A stretch of DNA of 64,000 nucleotides from Terriglobia bacterium (GCA_965198225.1 CBDAOY010000006.1:960001-1024000), one strand, 5' to 3'. Positions 19,551-31,705 are shown, counted from the stretch's first letter. Notes: generated from the letters alone by a model not told the origin. Translations and numbers: made by a program.

Positions 19551-22500
19551 TTACGGTTCGCCTGCAAGCGGTCCGAAGTCGGGCGGTGGTTTTCGATGTT
19601 TCGTCGCCGCTTCATAGGCCGAAGCGACCTTCAAGACCGTTGACTCCTCACCGGGACCAGCCCAGAACATCATGCTGATAGGAAGTGGCGTTTCAAGCAA
19701 CGATTGCTCGGTGCCGGCGACCTGACTGTAGTTGTCCGTGGCGGCATTCAGAGCGAACTGGGGCTCGTAAACGATCTGGTTAAAGCCGGCCGGAACGACG
19801 ATCTCCGGGATTCCCAAGAGGGCAGTAAGGGTCTGAGTTGCTCCCGACGCGCTTCGGCGATTGGCAGAGGGTTGCCTCGGGCCCCCGATTTTCGGGTGAG
19901 GGAGCGTATTCTCCGGATTCACCAGCACATCGAGGTTGTTCTCTTTCATTACCTTGACCAGCACGAGCCTCATCACCTCGCGCATCTGCATGCGCTCGAT
20001 GTTTCCTGCTGATCGAATATCGTGTATGCCCACCCAATTCTCAGATCCCGCTCTCGAAGAGTCATTAAAGTATTTGGTGTTGGCGTTCAGACTGGCCATA
20101 TCGTTGACCCTCTCATCGCCTCTTCGGTCCAGATACTGGTCAATATGCAAGGCGAAGCTCAAGGTCCGTGGTGAGCTTGTGACGCGGCGGAGATTCATAT
20201 TCCTTTGACGTCACATCGTAGTCCGGCACGGCAAATTCAAGGTCGCCCGACTCGGTTGTCTTGGAGAAGTACTCCGGCATCAGTAGTGTCCGACAGATTT
20301 AGGACCTCCCGGTCCTAAAGTTAGAACTGACGCGATGTAGCGCGCTTGTCAAGGTGTTAACGATTTGATTTCTGTGCGGCCTTCGCGGCAGCCTTTCCAG
20401 AGGTTTCTGGGAGGCACCGATGTACGCTGGCAAGCTGGTCTTCGCACAAGTCATGGAGTTCGCGCCGTGGTATACGTTCCGTCGTCTGGTGACCAAGTAC
20501 CGCGGCAATTTCAACGTCCGCACATTCAGTTGCCTGGACCAGTTCCTATGCATGGCCTTCGCTCAGCTGACCTATCGGGAGAGCCTGCGCGACATTCAAG
20601 CCTGCTTGCGAGCCCAACCCGCCAAGCTCTACCACCTGGGGTTGCACGGGAAGGTCAGCCGCAGTGCATTGGCCGATGCCAACGAGTCTCGCGACTGGCG
20701 CATCTACGGAGAGTTCGCTCAGGCGCTGATCCGCATCGCACGCCGCTTGTATGCCCACGAGCCGCTCGGGATCGACCTGGACGAAACCGTCTACGCGCTC
20801 GACTCCACGATGATCAGTCTGTGCTTGTCGCTGTTCCCTTGGGCGCACTTTCGAAAGACCGAAGCCGCGGTGAAGCTTCATACGCTGCTCGACCTGCGTG
20901 GCGGTATCCCCAGCTTCATCCACATCTCCGAAGGCAGGCTGCACGACGTCAACGTTCTCGACCTGCTCATCGCCGAAGCCGGTGCTTTCTACGTGATGGA
21001 CCGCGGCTATCTCGACTTCGATCGCCTCTACACCTTCAATCAAGCCGGGAGCTTCTTCGTCACCCGTGCTCGATCCGACTTCGCGTTCAAGCGCATCTAC
21101 TCCCAACCCGTCGACCGACACACGGGCCTCATCTGCGATCAGACTATCGAACTGACCGTATTTCGCTCCCGCCGCGGCTACCCCGAACGGTTGCGGCGCA
21201 TTCTCCGAGAGCGGCGCCTTACCTTCGGCTAGCTTCACCAGATACTCCTTTGACGTCACATCGTAGTCCGGCACGGCAAATTCAAGGTCGCCCGACTCGG
21301 TTGTCTTGGAGAAGTACTCCGGCATATGTATCGGCATGATCTCTGCCAGAGCATCCTGGAAGGTATACCTCATGTTGGGCACCGTCGGATCGTCGGGGTA
21401 CAACGGATCGACGGATTCAACCAGTTCCGCACCGAGCTGATCGCGCAGGACCGTCTTGATTTCCCTGTCGATTTGATCGCTGATCACCACATCGTTTTGG
21501 CTGTGCTTGACCATGTACTCGCGCACTATGCCAATGCGCACGCCGGCCAGGGATCTACTGTCAGCATCTAGATGAGCGGTGGCGAAACTGGCGTATGGCT
21601 CCTCGGAGACCAGAGCATCGGGTAATGCCGAGTAGATATCCCTCGGATCGAAGTAACCGAGCTGCGGATCTTTGAGGGCATCGAGAACCAGGGCTGCGTC
21701 TTTGACCGTGCGACACGTGATGCCGGCGCGGTCAACAAGTGGGTTCGCACCAATCCCACCGCCATACGGTATCAATCCCTTGGTGGTCAAAAGGCTTACC
21801 ACGGCGTTCCTGGATGCGGGCCCCTTACAGGAGCCTCCGGTCTGTTCGCAAAAGGAGCACACCGCCAGATTGGCAGCCACCGATGAGCCCGAACCGGTGC
21901 TCGACCCTCTGGGCGACCGCTCAGTATCGTAGGGATTGCAGCCCTGGCCGGCCCACGTGCTGCGCTCCTCATACCCCAGGTACCGCAATGTTGCCGAAGC
22001 ATCACCACCAGGATTCCCTATACCTCCGTTGAACTCCGCCTCGTTCGCCTTGGCAAAAATGATCGCCGCTTTGGCTCGAAGCCGGGCCACGATGGTGGAG
22101 TCCTCCGGAGGGGCATCCATGGCGAAGTTGATGTCGGCCGCCGCGGTTGTCCGCATGTCCTTTGTATCGAATACATCTTTAAACGCCATGGGAACGCAAT
22201 ACATCGGCAATGTCGCCAGATCAGGATTGCGACCATATTGCATATCCAATTCAGCCGCTCGCTCCAGGGCGTCCGGTTGCCGGCGGAACTCTTGGCAGAC
22301 GGCCGGGCATCCTCCCGGAATCGATCCCTGGCCGGGATGCGTGTCGCATGCACCTTTGCATGTCACTGATCGCTCACCGCGAATGTTGAGAGTGCTGAAC
22401 GCGCTCAGCTGTCCTGCCTTCGGGATACCGACAACCATGCCGAACTGTTGCTGCACGCTGGGGTCCGATGCGGTTGCTTCCATTCTGCCGAAATCAAGCG

Positions 22501-22924
22501 GCAGCCCTTCATACTGATCAAACTCCGGAAGCACCTGCGAGACCGGGACCGTCGTAGTCGGGAATACGAGTGGCGCACCAGCCCGAACAAAGCCCTGAGT
22601 GGAGGGAATTGGCGCGCCATCTCCAGTGACAAGCTGAGTGCACATCCCGTTATAGGCGCTTGCTCGATTGATATAGGCCTGCACCAATCCCTGGCAGGTG
22701 ATTTGCCCCTCCTGGATCGCGCGGTGTATATCCTCAATGGTCGCTTCCTCGAGTTGGAACGGGGTCTGCCCGAAGGCCAGCCCGGACATGAGGGAGAATG
22801 AGATCAGCATTACAATCACTGGCATGGCTAATGTCTCTAGCCTTGAGGAACGCGTAACCTTTTTTGACAAGGCTCTATGTTTTCTTGTTCGCTTATCCTG
22901 TTGCTCCGTTGACGCTCGAATCAT
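19551..22924 (-). pseudogene. Amidase-signature family protein split by an IS4 fragment
   Basis: EATIEDIH, KDVFDT, GSSTGSG, TGGSC; continues after the IS as NLRRVTSS...PEIVVPAGF...AYEAATKHR. Confidence 0.85.
20281..21202 (+). mobile_element. IS4-family element, 3'-truncated (DUF4372 transposase, ORF from 20420)
   Basis: Left end CAGTAGTGTCCG; MYAGKLVFAQ, QLTYRESLRDI, ALDST, MDRGY; transposase C-terminus and right IR absent. Confidence 0.88.
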
Positions 22925-25566
22925 GGCACGGGCACCCTTTCCTTCAGTTCCTCGAACCAGTTGACGACAACATTGATGGTGTTTCGTTGATTTGGGATGG
23001 TGCGACGAATGTAATACAAGCGTTGTCCATCGGACGACACGTCGAACGATTTTCCGCCCGTGTCAATGAAATCGACCGCTTCAAAGACGACCCGTGGGGA
23101 TCCGAATTCAAGCGATGGTTGGCGAGTGACCCGGCTTGCGTAAATTTGGCTCCCGTTTCTATAGAACAGTTCGTCGCATTCCGCGCACCATACCGTTTCA
23201 ACTCCCCCGAGGTCTGACACCTGTTCTCTGAACGTTCCGCCGATCTCTACAACCCATACTTCATTGCGCCCGGTCTCGTCGGTGTTGAAGGATACGTGGC
23301 TGCCGTCGGGCGACAGGCTGGAGCCCCAGGAAGAAGACTGGATCGAAGTAGGCTCACTTCCGGGTTCGGTGGAGATCACACCTACCTCGCTCCCCCAGAT
23401 ATCGAAGGAGATGAGTTCATTCTCGGCCCATCCGCTGGGCACAGCACCGCGCAAGGAGTGCTCGAACTCCGGGCCCTGTATTTCGTGAATGAAAAGGGGG
23501 CTGAGTGGATCGAAAGGGCTCCCGTCCAGAAAGGCGAGACGCTCGCCAGTGAAGTCCCACCGGGGTTGTCGTGCTCCAATCCTGAAGTCCAGGCCAGTTT
23601 GCCCGTCCCAGAGCCAAATGTAGTCATTAACATCCGCAACCTCAATTGCGATCCGCTGATCGTCTGGATTAACGTCCAGGATGCCGTAGACACGCTCGGG
23701 CACGTCCAGAAAGGCGCTGTTGCCCTGTCGATCCACCCAGGCCAGTTTGCCGAGCGCGAGATCGCCGCCAGGAACATAGACGAGGGTTCCGTTGTCGGAA
23801 GCCGCTGCATGCACCGTACCAAAAACAGACTGCATCGCGACGTTTCGTTCAACAGAAACTGCCTCCCCGATCACTTCCAATCGGTCGGCGTCGAAACCCA
23901 CGACCCATAGTGCACCGGCACGGGCGAATTCGAGATGGCCGCTAGCCAAGTACCGTGCGCTGTAAGCGGACGGCAAAAGCGTTTCCCTTTGCCGTGTATC
24001 GAGGCGCAGCACTTCGATCGCCCCATGATCTCTACTCGAGCTTGGCAAGGAAGGCGTAGACAGAAGGGCTGCCTGGCCATCTGGAAGGACTTGATCAACG
24101 GTCGAAAGCCCGAGGCGAATGACTTCGTCGCGTTCTCCACCCGCCGCCGTCGACGCAATCCTGCTCAGTCTGTATCCCTCGTCTTCCACGATATAGATGA
24201 CATCGTTCGCAACCCAGAAGGCTTGAATCGGCGTTCGTGCACGAGAGATGGTGGTTGGCGAACCGTCGATTGAGGTCTTCTTAAGACGGTCAGATGTGAG
24301 GAATCCGATTTCACTGCCGTCGGGCGAAAAGAACGCGTGAATCGCACCTTCGGTCTCGGGGAGCGGCCTTGGGTTTGCAAACTCGTCAAGAGGCCGGTAG
24401 TAGAGTACCGTGTCCGTCCCGGACTCTCCCACATAGACTAATTGAGTCCCGTCAGGTGAGACGGCCACAGCCGGGCTCTCGAATCCGATGAGCGGCAACC
24501 GGGTTCCGACCGCAAGTGATGCTGCGCTCGGGAGTTCAATCGTCGTTCTGGTCGAGGGCGGCGTCAACTCGCCAGAGCTCGGGTTCTGTGTCGACTGACC
24601 CCGACCGATAAGAAAACCCAGCAACACACACATCGGAATAACAACGGCCGCGCCCATCAGAAGCTGTAGTGAGCCGACCCTCGCACCGGATTTGCTACTG
24701 CCTTGTGAGTTCGGGTCTTGCAGTACTTCGTGAATCTCGAGTCGAGCATCACCAACATCTCTCAGCCGGCGCTTCGGATCGCGTTCGAAACAGCGTTGGA
24801 GTAGCCTCTCGACCCCGAATGGAGTTGTTCCCGGGAGTGCGGTCCAGTCCACATCCCTTGTGAGCACGAACGCCAAGGTGTCGGAGACGGTTGGGGCCTG
24901 AAAAACGGGTCGCCCCGCGAGCATTTCATAAAGGACACACCCGAACGCCCAGATGTCTGCTCTCTTGTCGACTTCGTGGCCTCGCGCTTGTTCCGGGGAC
25001 ATGTACGCGGCGGTTCCGAGGATCACGCCCTGCTGCGTCGCTGCCAAACTCAAGGTCGGTGACTGCGAGAGGTTCACGTCAGCCCCATCCCCCGCTAATG
25101 CTTTCGCCAGCCCGAAGTCCAGCACCTTCACATTGCCGTCGGGCGTGACCTTGATGTTGGCGGGCTTCAGGTCGCGGTGGATGACACCTTTCTCATGGGC
25201 GGCTTCGAGGCCCTCGGCAATCTGTAGCGCGAGCTTGAGCGACTCTTCGACCGGGATCGCCCCACGCTTCAGCCGGTCCGCCAGCGTGTCGCCTTCGACG
25301 AGTTCCAGGACGAGGAAGCGTGTGCCGTTATCTTCTTCCAGACCGTAGATTGCTGCGATGTTCGGGTGGTTCAACGACGCCAGTAGCTTCGCTTCACGTT
25401 CAAATCGGGCAAGGCGTTCCCCGTTCTTGGCGAACTCTTCGGGCAGCGTTTTGATGGCGACTTCGCGTCCCAGCTTGGAGTCCCGCGCACGCCACACCTC
25501 ACCCATCCCACCCTTGCCGAGCGGGGAGAGGATTTCGTAGCTGCCGAGTTGGGTGCCGGGGGTCAT
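22921..25566 (-). CDS. Ser/Thr kinase-TM-beta-propeller receptor (type B)
   Basis: [32 protein letters not shown]; NWFEELKERVPVP tail; ATGA overlap with the upstream kinase. Confidence 0.93.
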   Translation of the reverse strand: MTPGTQLGSYEILSPLGKGGMGEVWRARDSKLGREVAIKTLPEEFAKNGERLARFEREAKLLASLNHPNIAAIYGLEEDNGTRFLVLELVEGDTLADRLKRGAIPVEESLKLALQIAEGLEAAHEKGVIHRDLKPANIKVTPDGNVKVLDFGLAKALAGDGADVNLSQSPTLSLAATQQGVILGTAAYMSPEQARGHEVDKRADIWAFGCVLYEMLAGRPVFQAPTVSDTLAFVLTRDVDWTALPGTTPFGVERLLQRCFERDPKRRLRDVGDARLEIHEVLQDPNSQGSSKSGARVGSLQLLMGAAVVIPMCVLLGFLIGRGQSTQNPSSGELTPPSTRTTIELPSAASLAVGTRLPLIGFESPAVAVSPDGTQLVYVGESGTDTVLYYRPLDEFANPRPLPETEGAIHAFFSPDGSEIGFLTSDRLKKTSIDGSPTTISRARTPIQAFWVANDVIYIVEDEGYRLSRIASTAAGGERDEVIRLGLSTVDQVLPDGQAALLSTPSLPSSSRDHGAIEVLRLDTRQRETLLPSAYSARYLASGHLEFARAGALWVVGFDADRLEVIGEAVSVERNVAMQSVFGTVHAAASDNGTLVYVPGGDLALGKLAWVDRQGNSAFLDVPERVYGILDVNPDDQRIAIEVADVNDYIWLWDGQTGLDFRIGARQPRWDFTGERLAFLDGSPFDPLSPLFIHEIQGPEFEHSLRGAVPSGWAENELISFDIWGSEVGVISTEPGSEPTSIQSSSWGSSLSPDGSHVSFNTDETGRNEVWVVEIGGTFREQVSDLGGVETVWCAECDELFYRNGSQIYASRVTRQPSLEFGSPRVVFEAVDFIDTGGKSFDVSSDGQRLYYIRRTIPNQRNTINVVVNWFEELKERVPVP

Positions 25567-28295
25567 TGGTTTTCGAGTTCCGTGGTCCAGTTGAGGACGA
25601 CCGTGAGTGAGGGCGTCTCTCTCGACGTCGGACTGTCTTCTTCAGCAGGCGCGACGATCAGGAAACGCTGGCCATCGGTCGTGACAGCGTACGGACTATC
25701 CAGGGGGTCAGTTGTACCAATGGGCGGTTCGAATAGCGCGGCCGAAACGCCAGCTTCAAAGGTCCCGTCCGTCCGGACCTCTACTGCCATCAAACTGCCG
25801 TCGGGTGTGAGATAAAACAGCTCTCTTCCATCCCCGCGCCACCGAGGGTGCATCCCGCCATTGATCGAAATCTGCCACTTGTCACCGGTTGCCGGGAACC
25901 GCTGCACGTACACTTCATAGGGGCCGGATTCGTTGGAGGCGTAAGCGATCCAACGAGCGTCGGACGAGAATCGCGCGTGCAATTCGCTGAATTCCGTTTG
26001 CAGGAAAACATAAGGCTCCGAATCCCTATCCAGCGGCAACACCCATATATCGGCCCGGGGGGCACCGCCACGCTGATAGGCAAGGAAACGGCCGTCGGAA
26101 GACCAATCCATCGCAAAAACGCCGCTCGAATCAATCGGGCTGAGACGGGCATCCGCCGCAACCAGACTGGCATCAGCTTGAAGGAGCAGTTCGTCGTTGC
26201 CAGAACCAAAGGAGGTCTTCCGATAAAGGCTATTCGGTCCATCCCGATTCGAACTGAACACGATCTGGGTTCCATCGTGCGACCAGATCGGCCGAAATTC
26301 TCGTACAGCGTCGAACGTGAAACGCGGTGAAACACCACGGTCCAAGTCCATCGTCCAGATGTCCTGATTTCCGGTCAGCGGATCTACTGACTCGAAAGCC
26401 AGCCGCTTCCCATCAGGCGACAGTGTGGGGGACTCGTAGGCACCCGGGCCACCGATTCTTCCGAGTTGCCTACCACTTCGATCGAACCAAACGAATTCTT
26501 CTAGGGCGGTATCGAAACCACCCAAATACACGAGAATTCCATTCTCGGACGTCGAGAAATCCGCAACTCCCGCGTTGCTGTTGACCACCTGTTCCGCGAC
26601 AGGCGTCGGCTCGCCGGAAAGCTGCATCTGCTCGATGTCAAATGCCTGGGCCATGAGTGTTCCGTCTCGAACAAACACAAGGTATCCCGGGCGTGCGTAC
26701 TCCGCTCTCGAAGTTGACCGGAAAAGAAATCTCGACTCCTGCGAATCCAGCGACGCCACGTAGACACCCCTATTTTCCAAATTTGTGCTGCTTGCAAAGT
26801 AAAGGAAGTGGCGACCGCCCGGTAAGAAGTGCGGGCCGGCGTGAAGCCGCTCCTCCCTGGCAGCGTCGAGATCCGTCACCGGAGTCGCCGGTCCACCCGA
26901 TGAGGAGATACGGTACAGGCGATTCTGATTCGTGAAGACGATGGTGTCATTCTCGTTCCAGGTTCCACCATAGAAAGGGGCCCCATCGGAAAGTGTTTGT
27001 GGTGGCCCGCCGGAGACCGCAATTTTATTGAGTTTGCCTTGAGCGAAAAACCCGATGGAGCGGCTGTCGGGTGACCAAAACGGGTAGGAGGCTCCCTCAG
27101 TTCCAGACAACACCTGAGCGGTGAGGGAATCGAGCGGGCGAATCCAGAGAAGGGTTCTGCCCTCAGATTCAGCCAGAAAAGCAACTAAGCCTCCATCAGG
27201 TGACACGGCCGGACAAGTTTGGCAGGCGAGTCCTGGCGCCCTTAATATCGCTCCTTCGGGCGCAGCAATGCTAAAGCGCACTGCCCTTGGTTCTTCCAGA
27301 ACTTGACCCAGATACCACCTGCCAAGCACCACGACCAAGACAACCAGCACAGCGGTGGCCGCGATCCATGCGATCCGCCCTCGATTTTTCGAGCCAACCT
27401 CGACGGTGCTCGTGCTGACAGACGCACTGCCCTCGGTGACCCATTTCAACTCGTCCAGGAGATCACCTGTACTCTGCCAACGGCCGTCAGGATCCTTTGC
27501 CAAACACTTCTTCACTGTGCGATCCAGAGTAGTTGGGGAAATTGGCTGGAAATCGCTCACCAGTGGGGGCACGTCCTTGAGGATCGCCCCAATCAAGCTC
27601 GCCGGACTCGCTCCGTCAAACGCTTTCTTACCCGTGACCATCTCGTAGACGACGGCCCCGAATGCGAAGATGTCGGTTCTGGGGTCGGCTTCTTTGCCTT
27701 CGAGTTGTTCGGGTGCCATGTACTGGAGGGTGCCGATGATGGTGCCTTCTGCGGTGAGGGGTGTGGATGGGTCTTGTGTGGGCATCTGGGAGAGCGGTGA
27801 TACTGTGCCGGCGTCGCCCTTCAACTTGGCCAGCCCGAAGTCGAGCAGCTTCACACCCGCCGACTTGGTCAGCATGATGTTGCCGGGTTTGAGATCCCGA
27901 TGCACCACGCCCTTTCGGTGGGCCTTGTCGAGTGCGTCGGCGATCTGGATGGCATACTCCAGCGCCTGATCGACCGGGAGCCGTTCCTTCTCCAGCCGTT
28001 GCTGGAGCGTCTGGCCCTCGATCAACTCCATGACGAGGTAGTGCGTCCCGTTCTGTTCGCCGATGTCGTGGAGCGTACAGATATGCGGGTGGTTGAGGCT
28101 GCTGACAGCCCGGGCTTCGCGCTCGAAGCGTTCCCGGCGTTGGGGGTCACTAGCGAGGTGTTCGGGAAGGACTTTGATGGCAACGGTGCGGTCCAGGCGG
28201 GTGTCGGTGGCGCGATACACCTCTCCCATACCGCCCGCACCGAGTTGGTCGGCGATTTGGTATGGGCCGAGTCGCGTTCCTGCCGTGAGGGCCAT
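25563..28295 (-). CDS. Ser/Thr kinase-TM-beta-propeller receptor (type A)
   Basis: [12 protein letters not shown], full kinase motifs, TM helix, WSPD/SPDG repeats, VVLNW tail. Confidence 0.93.
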   Translation of the reverse strand: MALTAGTRLGPYQIADQLGAGGMGEVYRATDTRLDRTVAIKVLPEHLASDPQRRERFEREARAVSSLNHPHICTLHDIGEQNGTHYLVMELIEGQTLQQRLEKERLPVDQALEYAIQIADALDKAHRKGVVHRDLKPGNIMLTKSAGVKLLDFGLAKLKGDAGTVSPLSQMPTQDPSTPLTAEGTIIGTLQYMAPEQLEGKEADPRTDIFAFGAVVYEMVTGKKAFDGASPASLIGAILKDVPPLVSDFQPISPTTLDRTVKKCLAKDPDGRWQSTGDLLDELKWVTEGSASVSTSTVEVGSKNRGRIAWIAATAVLVVLVVVLGRWYLGQVLEEPRAVRFSIAAPEGAILRAPGLACQTCPAVSPDGGLVAFLAESEGRTLLWIRPLDSLTAQVLSGTEGASYPFWSPDSRSIGFFAQGKLNKIAVSGGPPQTLSDGAPFYGGTWNENDTIVFTNQNRLYRISSSGGPATPVTDLDAAREERLHAGPHFLPGGRHFLYFASSTNLENRGVYVASLDSQESRFLFRSTSRAEYARPGYLVFVRDGTLMAQAFDIEQMQLSGEPTPVAEQVVNSNAGVADFSTSENGILVYLGGFDTALEEFVWFDRSGRQLGRIGGPGAYESPTLSPDGKRLAFESVDPLTGNQDIWTMDLDRGVSPRFTFDAVREFRPIWSHDGTQIVFSSNRDGPNSLYRKTSFGSGNDELLLQADASLVAADARLSPIDSSGVFAMDWSSDGRFLAYQRGGAPRADIWVLPLDRDSEPYVFLQTEFSELHARFSSDARWIAYASNESGPYEVYVQRFPATGDKWQISINGGMHPRWRGDGRELFYLTPDGSLMAVEVRTDGTFEAGVSAALFEPPIGTTDPLDSPYAVTTDGQRFLIVAPAEEDSPTSRETPSLTVVLNWTTELENQ

Positions 28296-28349
28296 AGGCT
28301 ACCCGCTGCCTGTCGTGTGTTTTTCGCCAGGTTCTGGGAAACTGGCTAA

Positions 28350-28378
28350 ATAGTACGGCAGGAAGGGTTTGGGGTCAA
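28350..28378 (-). promoter_or_regulatory. Sigma70-like promoter of kinase 28295
   Basis: TTGACC-N17-TACTAT. Confidence 0.7.
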
Positions 28379-28437
28379 CGAGGGCGGAGCACAATCGGAT
28401 AACGGCGGGATTCGGAAGCGCAGAAATCATCTGATGG

Positions 28438-29004
28438 CTAACGCGGCATTCCCCAACGAGCCTTCAGGGCGTTGTATCGCGTGGCCATTCCGGGATCGGC
28501 CAGCGCATCAGCAAGTTCGGCCACACGGGGATCAAGATAGCCGCAGTCCAGTTCGCCGTGCTTGTGACGAAAGATCCCGTCGATGTCTTCCTGATCCCGG
28601 GCTCTCGGAGAAACGATCTTATGCAAGATGAGATCTTCGGGCGAACAGATTCGAACATCCCGATCCTTGATGGGGATCAGCTTCACACGAGCGATGGCTT
28701 CATTCTCATAAGGGAGGGCGGCAAGAATCAGGTCGACCGGCACTTTGTCCACTACGATCGGTAGTATTCGTGTGTCGGCAACAAAATCGATTGGATTGTC
28801 CACTCGAACCTCGAAGATCTTGGACGCCAGGTTGATCAGGTTTTCAACTTCGTTGTCGTCCACCGAAATTGTGACGTCCAGATCGCGCGTGAAACGCGGC
28901 TCCCCCCAGATCGTCACGGCAAACCCCCCGATGACCATATAGGGGATATTCCGATCGTCCAGCCAGGATGTCAGGGTGGTGAGGGCGTCGTCCAGCTCAG
29001 GCAT
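28438..29004 (-). CDS. Nucleotidyltransferase (AbiEii/DUF6036-like)
   Basis: YMVIGGFA...GEPRFTRDLD...SPEDLILHK...RARDQED; start MPELDD overlaps the upstream stop. Confidence 0.8.
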   Translation of the reverse strand: MPELDDALTTLTSWLDDRNIPYMVIGGFAVTIWGEPRFTRDLDVTISVDDNEVENLINLASKIFEVRVDNPIDFVADTRILPIVVDKVPVDLILAALPYENEAIARVKLIPIKDRDVRICSPEDLILHKIVSPRARDQEDIDGIFRHKHGELDCGYLDPRVAELADALADPGMATRYNALKARWGMPR

Positions 29005-29251
29005 TCCGGGGCGCCGTTGACAGGCCGGAAAGACGCTGCCGAACTCTGTGGAGTGTTCGAGCCTTGTCTTGAAGATTATCAGCGGAATCGGTCTGGCCGG
29101 TGTGCTTGAGTGCAAACCGGAGCGCCGACCCATACCACGCGACGCGTTCCTCCAGGGTCAGATCCGAACCTTCGATCGACGATTCCCAATGGTGAAATGC
29201 CTTCCACTGGGCTTCGCGTTCTGCGAACGCCGACATCCGATCGATATCCAC
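28997..29251 (-). CDS. Small helical partner of the nucleotidyltransferase
   Basis: 84 aa, LTLEERVAW motif, coupled to the NTase gene. Confidence 0.6.
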   Translation of the reverse strand: MDIDRMSAFAEREAQWKAFHHWESSIEGSDLTLEERVAWYGSALRFALKHTGQTDSADNLQDKARTLHRVRQRLSGLSTAPRNA

Positions 29252-29879
29252 AACAATATGTTAACTCACACTGGTGCAGGGCGGTCCGCTCAAACGAAAG
29301 ACGGGCAGTGCCGTACCACGGTGAGAGGGCTTTTGTTCTTCGGTGGACGGAACCCAGGTTCGCTGTGGCGTTCACCTGAATCCTTCTTGCTCTATGGTGT
29401 TCCACGCTGTTTTGTTCCCCTTTTGTTCCTCTCCCGCCCAGGAGGTATCAGTCAGCATTACTCGGCGGTGCTTCTACCGCGCCACGCGAGACGAAGCCGG
29501 AGCATTCATGACCGATTTCCATTCACGCAACAGTAGCCGCTGGCGTTCCCCTTAGGCGGAGGCTATTGATCGTAGCAAGGGGGATGTCCAGCAACCTTTC
29601 CCACTGCCCCAGTTACTTTGGCACGCCGATCCCAATCGAAAGGAAGCAGTCAACAGGTGCCGCCGCCACACCCAAAGTGTTGTCTGGGTAGGAATCCCGC
29701 AGTAGACTTGGTCAGGAATGTCTTGACCCATTGAAGACAGGAGGGATCGTTTTCTGCAAAACGGCCCCGAGGTTGGAATCCTTGCCCTCGGGCGGGGGAT
29801 CGCTGGAATGCGATCTCAGAAATGGTCGTTTCTTAACGGAAAGCGTAGTTAGAATTTTTCGAGGAATAGGGAGATCAAG

Positions 29880-30923
29880 ATGTCGAGAGAGCGGCGGCGG
29901 TATTTTGGCAGGGGACTGGACGTGGGGACCTCTTTTGTTCGCTGTGCTGAGATGCAGGGACAGGAGATCGTGTCGCGTTCCGAACGAAGCGCGTTCATCG
30001 ACCTGAACCAGGCGGCGGACTTCACGGAAGGCATGCTCGGGATGGCGCAGCTCGATTACGCGAAGAACGGCGACCAGCTCCGAATCGTCGGGACCAAAGC
30101 CATCGAGTTCGCAAACATTTCCCAGACGGATGCCCGAAGACCCCTTCGGAGCGGTTTGATCAGCCCGTCGGAAGATGAAGCCCTCCCGATGATGGAACTC
30201 ATCGTCAGAAACGTTGCCGGTGAAGCAAGGCAGGGCGGGGAACCGTTGTACTTCTCGGTTCCGGGCGAGCCTCTGGACGCTGAGGTGAACCTGGCCTACC
30301 ACGAGAAAACCATCAGCGGGATCTTGAGGAAGCTGGGCTACAACGCCAAGCCGATCAATGAAGGGCTTGCCGTAGTCTTTTCCGAGCTCGCCGAGCAGCA
30401 ATTCACCGGGATCGGTATGTCGTTCGGCGGCGGCATGGTCAACGTGGGCTTCGCTTACCGGTCACTGCCGCTGCTGACTTTCAGCCTGGCCCGAGGAGGG
30501 GACTGGATAGACGAGAAGGCCGCCCTGGCTCTCAGCGAGAGCTCCAGCCAGGTTTGTCTCCTGAAGGAGTCTTCGCTCGACCTGAGCAAGGGAGAAGACG
30601 GCTCCAATGCGCACAACGCTCTGTCGATCGCCTACGATGAGCTCATCGGCTACGCGGCGGATGCGATGAAGGACGAAGTTTCGAAAATGGTGGCCGTCTC
30701 GTCGATGAAGGATCCCTTGCCGATCGTACTGTCGGGAGGGACGGCAGCTCCCCGGGGTTTTGCCGAGCGGTTCACCGCGGCGCTGAAGCAGAGGGACTTT
30801 CCGCTCGAGATCGCGAGAGTTCAGGTAGCCAGAGACCCGTTCGGGGCCGTGGCCAAGGGCGCCCTGACCGCCGCACGGGTTGAGGGCGGGAGGCTCGAGG
30901 AAAGCGAGGCGGGCACGGCCTGA
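29880..30923 (+). CDS. Actin-like ATPase resembling haloarchaeal volactin
   Basis: GLDVGTS (phosphate 1), PINEG, FTGIGMSFGGGMVNV (phosphate 2), FSLARGGDWIDE, LSGGT (adenosine), VAKGALTAAR. Confidence 0.8.
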   Translation: MSRERRRYFGRGLDVGTSFVRCAEMQGQEIVSRSERSAFIDLNQAADFTEGMLGMAQLDYAKNGDQLRIVGTKAIEFANISQTDARRPLRSGLISPSEDEALPMMELIVRNVAGEARQGGEPLYFSVPGEPLDAEVNLAYHEKTISGILRKLGYNAKPINEGLAVVFSELAEQQFTGIGMSFGGGMVNVGFAYRSLPLLTFSLARGGDWIDEKAALALSESSSQVCLLKESSLDLSKGEDGSNAHNALSIAYDELIGYAADAMKDEVSKMVAVSSMKDPLPIVLSGGTAAPRGFAERFTAALKQRDFPLEIARVQVARDPFGAVAKGALTAARVEGGRLEESEAGTA

Positions 30924-31125
30924 AGCGAAGCCGGAACCGCCCAGGCGGGCACAGCAGCTTCCCTACGCTCCCGGCCATCTTTGTCGATCACTAAGCCAAG
31001 GGGTCTAAGGGAATCTTGCTCAATCTTGCAGTGTGCGCGTTGCCAGGAATTTTTCTTCCCTAACGCGCTTGTTCTACAGGCGGGGTTCGGAAACACGAGC
31101 CCAACGGCCTGAAAGGGTTTTGTCG

Positions 31126-31494
31126 ATGATTCTAGAGCGCGCTTCAAAAAGCACCCACGAAAACACAAGCGACACCGAGTTTTTGGGCTACCAACTTTGT
31201 GTCGAGCAAAGAACAGGCGTAATTCGAATCGGGTTTGAGGAATTCTCGGGGGTGGGAGGCAGACGACTCACCCTAAGCCTGCCAACGGATGTCGCAAAGG
31301 AACTAGGGCGCAAAATCCTGCATGCGGCGGCCGGTCAGGACGGCCGTATCGAAATCCAAGAGGTCTTGCACAAGGCGAGTGCCGAGAGGATCAAGGACCT
31401 CACTCCGCGCAACAACCGAACTGCAAGGGAACAGAAGACAGCAGACGGGCACGAGGTCGTCCCCAGCAATGTTGTCCCGTTCCCGAGTGGTTGA
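31126..31494 (+). CDS. Hypothetical protein
   Basis: ORF ending NVVPFPSG; start uncertain. Confidence 0.45.
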   Translation: MILERASKSTHENTSDTEFLGYQLCVEQRTGVIRIGFEEFSGVGGRRLTLSLPTDVAKELGRKILHAAAGQDGRIEIQEVLHKASAERIKDLTPRNNRTAREQKTADGHEVVPSNVVPFPSG

Positions 31495-31574
31495 CGTGAA
31501 TCGACGGTCGTCGTCTAAGACGATTCGATAGTTTCCTCAATGGCCCGGCAAAAAGAAGCGTCTTGTTTCGATCT

Positions 31575-31705
31575 GGTCGTGGAAGATCGCTATGGACATG
31601 TACAACTTTGACCGTCCGATGGAGTCAAACCCGGACGAGTGACCACACCGGAGTGACCTTTAGGCCCGGGAAGACCTCCGAGTTAGTCGAGTCTAAGAAT
31701 AAAAT
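31575..31705 (+). pseudogene. Duplicated 3' end and trailer of the DUF4440 gene 18220-18729
   Basis: SWKIAMDMYNFDRPMESNPDE* plus downstream DNA closely matching 18662-18792. Confidence 0.8.

Noticed and set aside
20546-21202. C-terminal part of the 792-aa amidase ORF as a novel domain
   Set aside because: It is the antisense read-through of the IS4 transposase
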